Below, one piece after another: positions 12,628 to 26,269 of a stretch of 64,000 nt of DNA. Below the pieces are notes generated by a model, which was not told the DNA's origin, did not search any database, and saw only the letters and a list, made by a program, of their open reading frames with translations. The number at the start of each line of letters is the position of its first letter. Position 1 is the stretch's first letter. A program made the position numbers and the translations under genes. Source of the stretch: Octopus vulgaris (taxonomy: Eukaryota); the NCBI GenBank assembly GCA_951406725.2, contig OX597814.1, forward strand, positions 190,898,001-190,962,000. The letters are read 5' to 3'.

Positions 12628-13691
12628 ACCCTGACAGAGGACAAAAATAGGGAGGAGCAAATGATAGGGGAGTGCAGTAAATTATTCAAACAGTGGTTTG
12701 GAGTGTGTATGCAAGCAGTGTTTATGTTTGGAAGAAATAAACCTTACAATGATTAAAAAATGAAACTTTTTTTTTTTGTTTAACTTGAGAAATGGGTTAA
12801 TAAGAGATTAACAAATTAACTGACAAAATATTTAAATCAATTGAAAAAGGGGAAAGAAAACGCATACCAAAAGGAGAGATGGGCAACAAGGATCTGCAAA
12901 AAAAAAGTCAACAATCAGTTTGGTATCCTCTTTGGTATAACAATTCTTAATTAGTGTAATTGCAATAAGTTAATATAGTGTAGAGAAAGAGGATGTGGTA
13001 GATGAAATATTAACTGAGATGGAATGAGAATTGGGATTATGTTATCTAATTTCTAAGTGTTTGTTATTTAATACACTAGTCTTAACTATAAATCATCTTG
13101 ATCCCAGGTCTCAATCCATTCACAACAAATATTTAGCCATATCTTAACAAGCTTTGGGTAATGTATATAGATCGACTAATTTATCAGCCAGACAGATAAT
13201 AAAGTTAGTTAGAGGCACCTGTAACATACCAATATTTGGTCAAACTGATTTCTCCAAATACCTATGTAGACAAACTTGATATTTGAGTAAGAGACTGTGT
13301 TAGCAGGAGTGAGATGACAGAGCAGGTGTAGATTTTTTTTAAAGATAGCCTACCAGAAAATACACCTGTCTGCCTTACAAAATGTAATTTGCTCTTATAA
13401 GCAACCAAAACTACCTGTCATTAATGGGTAGAGTAATATAATCAACAATTCTTTGGAAAAACAAAACTGTTCTTGGCATACTTACACCAGGTTATCACAT
13501 AGCGCTACTCTACACTATAAAGTGACTGAAAGATTTCAATAAGGAGTAATTTTGGGGGAGTGTGTTGGTGCTTAGTGTTGCTATCAGACATATACATTCA
13601 TTCATTAATACAACCAAACTGGCATACACACAGACAAAGCTGGGACAATGGTCAGGGCAATACTTCCAAGAGGAGGCAGAAAGTGGTGTCA

Positions 13692-13754
13692 TCAGGTTTT
13701 GTCTTGTGGCACATTGCCAGGCCGTACAAACTTCTCAGGGCTTGGTCTGGGTTT
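13692..13754 (-). CDS. CCDC6: CCDC6 terminal coding exon: KPRPSPEKFVRPGNVPQDKT*
   Basis: ttttccctttcag| phase-0 acceptor. SPEKFVRP resembles vertebrate SPDKFKRP. TGA at 13692-13694. Confidence 0.85.
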   Translation of the reverse strand, partial: KPRPSPEKFVRPGNVPQDKT

Positions 13755-15062
13755 CTGAAAGGGAAAATTTTCCACATTAAGTTCCATGATAATAAAGAAA
13801 TGGTTACATTTAAAATAATAATAATGAAATTTATATAGTTTATAGGGAAAATATTTTTTTTTTACAGTGCTCTAATTTAAGAGGGGCAGATAATCTAGGA
13901 TGTTGATATAATATACCATGCCATTTCCCAATAATAAAATAGATTTACGTGCCTATTTTCTGAAATTTGTAAACCTTTTATAGCAGCATGGTATCCATAG
14001 GGAAGAACTGATTACATATTAATGTCCAGAATTCAAGAGTCAACCTTATTATACATGCTGACTTTGATATCAACCCTGTTACTTCAAATATTTTTGCAAA
14101 GATGCCCTCTTTCTGATTGTTCCACACAGTGGTCTAAATTATCTACAGTTCTTACAGCTTAACAAGCAGCAAACATAGAGAGTACAGACATTAAAAGTAG
14201 AACTGTGTTGTTCAAACAACAAACATATAGACAACAGCTTTAACATATATATAACTGACACAGAAAATTCATCATTGAAAACTGTCTACACACTAACCCC
14301 TGCTCTGAGCTACTGAAAGACTTAACTTAGAAAAATGATTTTACTTCCCTAAACAATGAGCAAAAAGGAGAAATTTGTTTTTAATTATGTGATTTCTGAA
14401 GAAGAAACTGCATGTTTTTCTGCTTTGTTTTTGACACACTCTTGTATGTAGATTAATATGTAGTGTGACTGGAATGTATATGTAGAGGACAGAATACCAA
14501 CAATGCATGGACTTAAATCTCCATACCATCACTGAAATCAATACTATTAACCAAAAAAAAAAAAAATGATAACAAATGATTAGGCAGACAAAAGCCAAAC
14601 TGTCCAAAGGAGATAACTCGTGGCTCCTTCACTTACATACCAAATTAGTGGATTATCAAGAAAGCCACCTATTAGAATCAAATGTCACCAAGGCTTAGCT
14701 TTTCACTCCAAGACAAACAGGAAAAGAGCAATCAATGTACATTTAACCCATAAAGGTACTCAATAAGCAATAACTAAAGTAATAACCCTTTCTATAAAAT
14801 TATGTAAAAATAACGGAGGTGAGGGGAACGAATCACTGAAGAGGTACTCTGATAAAACCACATGCTTTAATGAAGTTCATGTCTATCTGTCTATATATAT
14901 AAAGGACCAATGAAAAAAATCCATTTTTAAAGGTGTATCGTTTATGCTAGTCTTGATCAAATTGTCATCTCGGTTCTATTTTAACAAAACTGTCCGACGA
15001 ACGGGAACGTGAAACTCCGAGTAACAGCTTTTGTTAAATTTCTGCTGCTTTTAGATAAAGTA

Positions 15063-15102
<40 letters not shown>

Positions 15103-18100
15103 CACACACAGAGAAATAATATAAATGTGGTGTGCCCAAGTGACCAATGTAAGGGAGATAATCTCTACACGCCATTTGGTTGGATTAGAAGTTTGCAATT
15201 AAAACTTGAAGAACAAGGAAGGTAATGAATAGAATACATAATTCATTAACTAGCTTCAGCTCAAGAGCTGCAGTCATGCTGGAGCACATACACATACATA
15301 TTACGAAGATCTGGACACTTCATAACTCCAAGCCTTTAGGTTCCATCCCAAAGTGTAGCACCTTAGGCAAGTATCTTCTTTTATGGCCTGTATTTCATGT
15401 GGGCTCACTTTCCGCATATCTTTGCATGGAACCATTTGAGGGACGATGATGTCGTGTTTATGTCCTTTGTAAATAATTTGCCCTGCAGCAATGGCAACAT
15501 ATATAGGTGCAGGCATGGCTGTGTGGTAAGAAGTTTGCTTCCCAAACACATGGTTCTGGGTTCAGTACAAGTGTATTCTACAATAGCCTCAGGCTGACCA
15601 AAGCCTTATGGGCAGATTTGGCAGGCAGAAACTGAAAAAATCCTGTGTGTGTGCATGTCTTTGTGTCTGTGTTTGTCTCCCACCACCATTTAACAATCAG
15701 TGTTGGTGTGTTTATATGCCGTAAAACTTAGCAGTTTGGCAAAAGAGAGCGCTAAAATAAATACTAAGCTTTTTTTTTTTTTTAAATGAAGTATTGGGAT
15801 TGATTTGCTTGACTAAAATGCTTCAAGGCAGTGCTCCAGCATGGCTGCAGTACAATGACTAAAACAGGTAAAACCATGAAAGACATTTTTAAGCATTTTA
15901 ATGATGACTCCTGTGCAACAGGTTGAATTTGTTGTATGAAGTTAAATCCCATCTGATGCTAAATTAAAGAAGAAAGTTCCAGTATAAATTGTTCAAGATA
16001 ATACTAATGTAGAGAATCAAAACAATCTAAAGACAGTATTCTCATAGTTATGTAATTCTGCTGACAGATATTGTACATACTAGAGTGACTGATTGGACTG
16101 AAGGGCCAGGAATAACCAATAACAGACATTCTAGGTTGACCAAAATTAAAGAGAACAAGTTTATTGCTTCCATTCCAGCTTTAGAAGCAAATTAAAGATG
16201 AAATATGCAAACAGCTTTATTCTTTAATTTTTCTCGTTATGAATCCTAGCCTAACATTTTCAGCAATTTAAGAAACTGCTCAGAAATCTCCACCTACAGT
16301 CATGTAATGAGATGAGGAAATGAGGAGTATGATGATTTTTATTCTGGTAAGAAAAATGTATAGTATTCAGATAGGCAAAGACTTAAAAATAGAAAAACTC
16401 TACCTTGGTAGGGAGAGCAAAAATGTTTGAGTGGACATAGTACGGTACATCTATATTTATTCTCCTTGATGATTCTTGGACAAATATAGATGGGATGGTC
16501 ACATCACATGACTGAAGGATAACATGCACAATCAGGGTGATGGAATGGACAAGATGATCTCACTTGCTATATAGAACCTGCATAGGACCTGTATATATAT
16601 ATATGTGTGTGTGTTTGTGTGTTTGTCCCCCTAGCATTGCTTGACAACCGATGCTGGTGTGTTTACGTCCCCGTCACTTAGCGGTTCGGGAAAAGAGACT
16701 GATAGAATAAGTACTGGGCTTACAAAGAATAAGTCCCGGGGTCGATTTGCTCGACTAAAGGCGGTGCTCCAGCATGGTCGCAGTCAAATGACTGAAACAA
16801 GTAAGTAAAAGAAAAGATAGCCATGACTGACCAGAGATAGACAGCCGTAGAAGGAGTCCAGTACAACCAGCCTGGAGGCTGCCACTGTGTTATGTCTATG
16901 GACAAGAACCTTGACTTACAACTAAAAACAGGTAGGTACTAGGTGGGATGAACTGTGCATTATGAATAGCAACAACATTGTAAAATTGAGAAGTGGCTTG
17001 TCAGCATAGAGTGCTGAGTTCAATTTCTTTTGTGGCTATGAAAATGATGATTTTTACAGTTGTCTCCTAATAACTGGAAAACTTCAAAAATATCACCACA
17101 CAAGGTGGAGATCAACATCTGGATGGATGGTTTAGAAGCAAATGACTAAAGAAACACCAGTAGAGAGATACGATTTATATGTTCCAGTCATTGGGCTGTG
17201 GCCATGCTGCAGCACAGCCTTCAAAGGTTTAACCAAGCAAAGAGACCCCAGTGGTAGTTCTTAGTCTATCAGTCTCTTTTGCTGAAATGCTAGGTTATGA
17301 AGGAAGTGAACAAACCAATACTGGTTGTCAGGGTATGTGGGGGGGACAAATACACAGACGCATTCATTACTAGTAACAGAAGCAGTATTGGTTCAAAATA
17401 GTATTCTGTATGTCTTACTTAAAGTGGATATACTGTTTTGAGATTTTCTACCATAGATCCACATTTACATACATACACATATATATTTTTTTCAGGCTTC
17501 CACAGTTTGCTCATAAGGCATTGGTTGACTTGATGCTATAATAAAAGGCATTTCCCCAAGGTGCCGTACAGTGGGATGAACCTGAAATCATGTGGTTACA
17601 CACACACATACACATGCCTGTACCTATATAGTTGAGGTTTATAGAAACCCCACTTGGATAAAATCTCTTAGAAGGAAACTACAAAAGAATAATTGATGTT
17701 TAGGAATTTGGCAAAGTATTCGGGATCTGGAGGAACTTCTTGAAAGAATCACTTTCCAAAGTGGTTTTTCAGTTATACTTTTCAAAGCAACTTGAAGCAG
17801 TGAATCAAGTTACAAGACTTTTGGATAATCTGACAGCTGCTTACTTTCGCAAAGAACAAGAGGCTGGATGTGATTCAGATTTTAAAATTCATTAAATCAA
17901 TAACCAGATGTTTTTGAGAGGAAGTCCTATTTTGCTTGCTAAGGTAAATAGGTTAAGAGAGCACTAAGCATATTACAAAATAACCTAAGCAACAAAATTT
18001 TGTTGAATGAAAAGGTGGTGGTTAAAACCTTGTTGTATAAAGATTACATTGGAACTGAGAGAAATTTCCTGACAATCATAAATGATGTTTGGCTTTATTT

Positions 18101-20591
18101 TCATTGGAAGGAATATTCTAAAGCCTAGCTCTATAGCTGTAAGGTAAAGTGGTAGATTTCTAACAACATTGTTAGAAGTTTAGATTTGACTTTAGCCATC
18201 ATGCATTGTGATTGACCCTAGTTTGATAACTAAATAAAATACTTTATGATTGGGTGGTTAGTAGAAAGAAGGGGTTACAACTAAAAAATTAAAAAATAAC
18301 AAAATTCCCAACCATGATAGCATGGGAAAATTGAATCTAAAATGTCAGGAAATTCATGATTTTGTTAAACTGAAGACCAGAAAGCTGGTATAAAGTACAA
18401 AAATATTTAGAGAACTACCCTCTATGGGTGTGTGTGTGTGTGTGTATCTAGTTGTAATAATGAAGTCAAATCAAATAATGATATTTTGAAATCACTTAAT
18501 ATGTTTCAGGTTTGCATAATACATAATAGGAAATGCATCCATTATGTAAACCTTCATTTTTATATATGTATATTTTCATATATATATATATATTACCGTG
18601 ACCGACCAGGCTATCAGATGTTGCTACACATTGCTGGTCACAATGTGCTTTGCATTGTTTTAGCCTTCAAATGACACAACCCCGCTGGCTAAGCGAGTAG
18701 GCCAACAGAAGAAAGAGTGAAAGAAAGTCGTGGCGAAAGAGTACACCCCCCCTGCCGGAGCCTTGTTGAGCTTTAGGTGTTTTCGCACAATAAACACTAT
18801 CAACGCCCGGTCTGGGAATTGAAACCATGATCCTACGACTGCAAGTTCGCTGGGCCATTGCACCTCCACATATATGTGTGTGTGTGTGTGTATAGCTTTG
18901 ACCAATCAGATGATTCTGATTGATTTGATTAGAAATCAAGTGGTTATCAGATGAACTGCCTACTGAATGCAACAAATTAATATGAAAATATGAGAAAACA
19001 TGATGAACAAAGAAATGTTGCAAATTGCTAATGGAAGGGGTCAAGATGGAGCTAAATTAATGAAGATTGAAACAAACCCCCAAACAACCCTTAAAATGTT
19101 TAAGCCCCTTCAACACTTGCTTGCACACCTGCCAATAAACAAAAACATAATAAATAGCAGTATCATATCATCAGGTGATACATTTGTATCACTAGTTAAC
19201 ATATATATAACTAGGTTAATCCAGTTAAGATTTCCCTAAAAATACCTAGGAACTGATGCTGTAAAAAAATAAAAAAGAAGAAAAAATGTCAACACTTTCT
19301 CTATCAGAAGCTCATGAAACAAAAATTCTAGCCTGCCTACCAGAGACACAATTGAAATTATCACACAAAAATTGACTGAACACAGTGACTCTTCGTTACT
19401 TTAAAATTGGTTTCCTTGATTAATAACGAAGAAAAAGTAAATGCAATGCATTTATTAATCACCCTTATAGGAGTTTGGAATATTTACTAATGGACTTTTA
19501 AAACAGTAATGATTATTACAACATGGAAAAATCAAACAATGAATAAGAGATAATAAAAAAAGAAACATGCAGAATCAAATAAACTTTCAACATTGATGAC
19601 ATGTGCAAAAAATATTTAGAAATATAAAACAAAGAAATAACACTTACTTGTGAAGAGCACTTACTTTTCATTAGAGTGGGGGGGAGGTCTCTATGTGCAT
19701 GTGTGCGTGCATGTGCATGTGTGTGGTGTATATATATATATATTTGCATGGTTTTGTGCAAATGTATGTGTACGTATGTATTTGTTTATATATCATGCAT
19801 ATAATTAAGCGAAACCAAAGTAGTATTTAGATTGCTTCCAGCTTTGGTAACCCCAATAATGGTATTTAAATTTGAAGATTTATTTATATTATTTATCCCG
19901 TCACATAATTCTACATGGTCGAATGCATTTCTAAACTTTCTGGTACAACATGTTTTTAATCAACGAATTAATAAAAAAATGTAAACGTAACATTACAAAT
20001 AAAAAAAAAAAATATATATATATATATAACATTAAATTCTTTTTCTTTTCTTTTTTTTTTAATAAAATCAACAACAAAGGAAAGAAAATGAAATTAACAG
20101 AATAGTAATAAAACAATACAGTTAAATATTTGAATAAAATATTGAAAAGAAATTCATAACGATGTAAAAGATATAAGTAGCATAAAGAAGGGATAGGAGG
20201 GGAGATGTAATGGGTAAACACGCTCCACTTATCCTCGCAAACCCCAAATCTAAAGGTAAATGTATCGGCAGGAAGTATAGTTTGGTCCACTAGCACAGAG
20301 AGAGAGAGTGTGTCGCTACTACGTTATAGTCCTGGGACACTAAGATGTTGACATCTCAACAGTTGGCCTCTATTATCATTATTATTATTATTATTATTAT
20401 TAACATTATAAGAGTAATTATTATTACTCTTAACTGTAGTCTTCTTTTTGTATTTTTAATACCAATTTACAAAATTTATATATTAATCACTAAAGTTTTG
20501 TGTTAGACATTAAAATCAACAGAAAATATTAAAGGAGTAAGAATTAGTCTTAGGGTTTCTGTGTAAACTATTACTATTACTATACAAGCAG

Positions 20592-20625
<34 letters not shown>

Positions 20626-22565
20626 TTTTAGATATATTTTTTAAAAACTTTTCTCACTGTTTTCCAGCAAGGCATAGCCATACTTACTGATTGTAAGTTA
20701 TCGAGACATTTCAGAGTAGAATTCTAATGTAATCAAAATGACAGAGATAACGATGGTATTCTATTAAAAGCATAAATGACACAAAGAAAATGGCTTTGAG
20801 TAACAAGTGTAATGATAATGTGATGTATCTCTGGAGGAAGGATCCTGATAGATACTAAAAGGAAAGAACTCTGCAGCTAAATGAGAACCACATGAGAAGA
20901 ATGGTTTAAAGAAAAACAAATATTAAAAGAAAACTGTGGCAAGTGTATGTTAAGTCTTGCGGGTGGGTGGCAGCATGGTTAGTAGAGAGAAGCGAAATAC
21001 CAAGTGGAGGAAAGGAAAGATTAGGTGTGAGGGTGTCAAAAAAAAAAGGTAAAAAGGTGGAAGTTTCATTAGTGAAGAAAGAAAAAATAGTGAATGTGTA
21101 ACAGAGTAGACAGCCATACTGTCAAAGGACAAGAAGGAAAACAACATGACAATGTTTAATGAATAACCGTATGATGATGAATGACAAAATGAAAAGCTTG
21201 TTTTAAGCAGACTGATCTCAGAGGAAAGAAAGAAGTAGAGAAAGTCAGAAAAGATGAGGAGTATTTTACTATTGTATATGGAAATTAACATTTTGGAATG
21301 AGCAAAAATCAAGTTAAGCAAACTGGACCATATCCTGATGATGGTAGTGACGTTGCCAAATGTGATGGAAGGGTGGCAAGTGGGTGGGTGGTGTCAGGAT
21401 GGAGAAAAACTTGAGGGAGCAAAATGTAAAGGAAAACTGCAATGGAACCACTGACAGTTTCATTTTGTATGAGGGGCCCATAGCAACCGAGACCTTTGGA
21501 GATATGCTGTGCTTGAGAAAACCCGTTAAGGGAGATCATAGTCATGGCTGATGCCAGTATTGCATAAGCAGCTTGTTAAAAGCATGCTTCACTCATTGGG
21601 TAATATGCTGTGCTTGTGAAGACCTGTCAAACCAGGTGAAATTGAGGCCAATGTCAGTGCCATCTGACTGGCATGTAAAAAGCACCGTTTGATCATTGAG
21701 CCTCAAGGAGGCAGTGACAGGTGACCAAGACCTTTGGCGATATGCCATGCTTATGTAAACCTGTCAAACCAAGTGAGATCGTAGTCATGGCTGATGCTGG
21801 TGTCAGGTGAATGATACCTGGGTCGGTGAGAAGTAAAAAACACTCATTACACTTTCGGAGTAGTTGGCATTAGAAAGGGCATCCAGCTATAGAAATCTTA
21901 CCAAATCAGACCAGAACCCGGTGCAGCCCCCACCCCCCGTAGTTTTCAATCAAACCCCACAACCCGTGCCATTAAATGACGATGATCATAATAATGACAA
22001 ATTCCAGAAAACTGCTTGGTAAAGAGCAAGTGCTAATTATTTAACCTGAAATTGATAAATCCGTTAAGAAATGTGTGTACTGACCAAATAAAGGTAGTGT
22101 AATTTCAGGATCAACACCATTTACAGTGAAGTTGTATTTGTCTCTTTTTGTTCTTAAAGCAAGATAATTTTAATAATTTCTAGTATATGTTGTTAACTAG
22201 AAGTTTGCAGTATTTTCACCACTCAGAACTTAATAGAAATAGAATAAATATAGCTACTTAGTGGAAATGTCATTTAATAACAGGCAAAGCTATTAAATAC
22301 ACTTTAAATTTCATTTTATGAAGAGTTAAGATTTCTGTTACACAACTGTAACCTAGTCACCGGCACTGCAATTTTGATACCTTGTGAAAAACTTGAAGTG
22401 AATTTCACAGCTGTGTGTACTATTAATTAGCTCTTCTATCATGTAGTAACTTTAGTTTCAACTTGGTCTCAGATCAAATCATGTGCTAAACAAGTACAAC
22501 TCCTTTAGCTATAAAATTACACATTACAGAACATTTACAAAAAGGGAAATAATAATACAAATAAC

Positions 22566-22596
<31 letters not shown>

Positions 22597-25500
22597 AACG
22601 AAATTTCAGAGCTATACTTGTCTAGCAAGTGATTTGATCTGATAATGTTGAAACTAATGCTATTATAGCATGAAAGGCATCATCCAATGAAAGAGACACC
22701 AAAACTTAACTTCGCTAAAACATTCATTATTTGGTGTCAAAAAACTGAAATTAGTGGAACTGTGTCAGTGACCAGGTTGCAGTGGGTGCAACAAACACGT
22801 TGACACCAAATAAATCTTTTAAGTGAAGTTAACAGTCTTTGTGCGTTTCTGAATGGCTATATATACATAATTGTTTTGTACGAAAAGCTAAATTCAAGAG
22901 TAAGATAGAAGAGTGTTTAATTTGTTTCAAATACTGAAGAATATATAAAAACAAATGTTAGAAGGCTCTGGTAAATGCAGTTGGGAGACTGCAAAATTTC
23001 TCTTTACCTTTCACCTATGGAAGCAACCTAAAACACTTGCAACAACACTGTGAACAAATGTGAAGGCCGAGACATTGGACCAGCCATGTTCCCTCAAGAG
23101 TCTAACATGACACTTTTGTTAGATACAATGCTAAAGAGGTCAAGATCTTTGAGGTTAGCAGCCCAGCTTCACCAAGCTTTTCAAATACCATTGGTCAAAA
23201 TATGTAATTTACATTGTATTTGGCAATGCTTATACAATTTTGTTCAACCATGGATGCGATGGTCTGTATTTACACTGTGAAGGAGTTAAAGAATCTTTTA
23301 GAGTAGTATCCCATGTAAGGTGTTTTTGTCTAGAGACAATGGGATTGGGCCATTGGGCCTGTTCCTATCATCCCTAGACATTCCGCACAGGGGCTCCAAA
23401 ACTGAAGAGATACTTTTGTTAAGGCCCTCTTTAAAATTACATTTCTTTCTGCATCAAATGAAGCAGTCAATATTTAGTCGACATGATGGTCCATGAGATC
23501 TGCCAGATCAAATTATTCAATACAGAAGACAAAATGAAAATAACTCAATGTATAATCAGTACATATAAGATAACAAAACATGAGGGGTGGAAATAGAAAT
23601 ATGGGCTATAGTCAGGGGATTGATGGAAAGATATAGAATATTTAAGAGATTATGTCAATAATACAGGAACCTGTTTTTGGCATACCGTCCCAAGTTTTGT
23701 AATAGCAGAATAAAAATTCCAGCTTAAAAAAATTTGAAACTTTTTCCAAAAAAATAGCTTCTAATTCTGATGGAGAGAATAGTACTGCGATATGACAAGT
23801 ACATGATTTAAGATGAAGAAATACAGCAATTAAGCAACATGATAGTGGAAAACGGATTTAGAGAGTGGGGAGGTTATTTATGATGGAAATGGTGACAATA
23901 GTTAAAAATTTGGTATAAAATGTCCGAAAGAAGATTAGTTAGGGCCATAATTAATGAAAGCTGATGGTAAGTTGATAGATTTAACCATGAAAAATTGTTT
24001 ATTAAATTAAGTCATAAGTTAAAGAATTTCAGAATTAATTAATTAATTATACATTATTTACTCTGGAATTTCAGATTTCAATGTGTTACATTTTGCAATT
24101 AGTTACACATAATGTCATAATTTAATGAAAGGAATAACACATTTTTCATTAGTTTCCTTTAACAATAATAAAAAAAATAATAATCCTTTCTACTATAGGC
24201 ACAGGGCCTGACATTTTTGTGGAGGGAGCTAATCAATTACATCAACCCTAGTACACAACTGGTATTTTATTGAACCTTAAAGGATGAAAGGCAAAGTCAA
24301 CCTCTGTGGCATCTGAACTCAGAGCGTAAAGACGGACAAAGTGCTGCCAAGCATCCGGTACAGTGTGTGTTAACAATTCTGCCAGCTTGCCACCTTAATA
24401 ATAATAATAACACAGTGGTTTGAGATCAAAACAATTCATTCAAGATTTTCCATATCTCAAACAAATCATAGATTTTATTTAAAACAATTTTTGTACTGGA
24501 GCTTTGGCAGGTTTCGCAAGTAAAAAAAAAATATTATTTTGGAAGCATAAAATTAAGAGAACGCGTGGGAAAACAACAATAATAATAGACTAACAAAGCT
24601 CAAAGCTGTCTATTCAAAAAGTGCTTTTATGATATTCCAAGAGACCTAGATACTGGACAGAAGCATTTTTATAATGGATGGACAAAATGGCCATCAGACA
24701 AGTGTAGTGTTTATGATAGTATAAACAAAAGCAATGTTTACAGGTTTTAATTTATACATATACAGACATTAATATGCCCACACACACACATGCATACATG
24801 AAGTGTATGTCATTTCTGAGAGTGCAATTAAGTAAGTAAACATGCTCACCTAGCTATTCCAGATAAAGGGAGAAGGAAGATTTATACATGGAATCTAAAC
24901 CTATCAGTGCTTAATGCTTTGAAATAGAGAGAAAGTAAGACAAGCAAATGTTGGGAAAAAAAAAAAATAACAAACAATCATGATAAATTAGAACAGTTGT
25001 ATTGATTGTCATGACAACTTCACTAAATCAACACTATATCATACCATGATCTCTATAGAACATACCACATTGCATAGAGAGTTGAATAGGTGGGTGGGTG
25101 AGTGAGTGAGTGAGTGGCTATACAAAACTTGCAGGCAATCTAGATAACATGACAATAGCTAACATTAACATTTACTATCAGGAATTCGCTTTTGTTGATT
25201 TTTCATGATAAAAACTAAGACAAGGCTTGCGTTCAATACTGGCTGGAAACTCATTGAGTTAGGATGCAATTAAATATATTCTTCTGTTGATAAATGACTA
25301 GAGACTTTAAAGAGAATTAAGCCAACTGAGGGAAATAGATACAGAAATGATAATGAACTGCAATTTTAATAATAATGATGGCATTTGAGATAAAGCATTG
25401 TTATTTTTTACTTGATGAACTTTAACAAATCTCACTTGGTATTAGAATGTGTTAGTTCATGTCCCTAAAAAGGAAGAAAAAACATTTATGTTTCTTCTTT

Positions 25501-26060
25501 CGATATTTTAGAAAATGGTTTTGTAAGAATGAATTAGTTGTACATTTTAAATTAGAAATTCAAATCTCTGTAGATAATTCAGAGAGAACTTATTGAGAAT
25601 GAGTTAGTGGCTACATAGCTGTGAGTTGATGCAACTTGACAAAGGCTTTTCAGAAAGTTTTAAATTTTAACACTTTTCAAACGGCGTAGAGACGAGAAAA
25701 ATTAGTGGAAACTATTTACCCCAAGTTGATATTTAAATGTATAAATATATATTCTTTGTTCTTCAAATTATTAAGAAGTAAACATCTAAATAGGGTTCAG
25801 AAAACAAAAGATTTCCTGAAAATGAAGAATAAATGAGTGAAAATATTCAGTTGACTTCTCCTTCAGCTGTCAATGAAGATGTTCTACTGTTAGCAGTAGA
25901 TCTAGACAAAGTCACCCTAATGATGTAAGGAGGAGGTGTGTTACAATTTAGGAAAGCCAAGGCTGTATTGATTGTGTATTGAACGCCAACCGTGTTATAT
26001 CCTAAAATCTACTACAAACAGTAGCGACACTTCCCTGAGCTCCTCCAACCGGTAACTTAC

Positions 26061-26150
26061 CGTAAGATCTGAGGCGAAGACAGGGGGAGAGCTTCCCAGA
26101 AGAAAGGTAGGTGGGTAGAAAGACGACTGGTCCTCAGGAGAGTTACTTAC
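26061..26150 (-). CDS. CCDC6: Candidate alternative in-frame extension of the penultimate CCDC6 exon: VSNSPEDQSSFYPPTFLLGSSPPVFASDLT
   Basis: 90 nt, open frame, a diverged tandem copy of the preceding exon half, ending in its own phase-0 ACG|gtaagt donor. Confidence 0.65.
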
Positions 26151-26269
26151 TGTAACGTTTGGACTGTGTGTGAAAACTGGGGGAGAGGTCCCAGGAAGAA
26201 ATGTGGGTGTGTAGAATGATGGCTGGCTCCCTGGCGTATTCCGCCGCATTGGACTTGGTGGACTGAAAG
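26151..26269 (-). CDS. CCDC6: CCDC6 penultimate exon, short form: (A)FSPPSPMRRNTPGSQPSFYTPTFLPGTSPPVFTHSPNVT
   Basis: 119 nt. Long polypyrimidine tract plus tttttag| acceptor in phase 1 (matches previous exon); ACA|gtaagt donor in phase 0. Pro/Ser-rich like the CCDC6 C-terminal region. Confidence 0.85.

Larger units (their letters stand above)
7560..13691 (-). other. Probable CCDC6 3'UTR (extent uncertain)
   Basis: Follows the stop codon, is largely free of the SINEs that fill the introns, and has U-rich tracts on the minus strand. The end cannot be fixed from sequence. Confidence 0.4.

Noticed and set aside
20325-20445. Alternative terminal CCDC6 exon (RPTVEMSTS* or an Asn-rich frame)
   Set aside because: No polypyrimidine tract, or the wrong phase, and no homology. 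The true last exon is at 13692-13754, and this block is better explained as the RNA-pairing partner.
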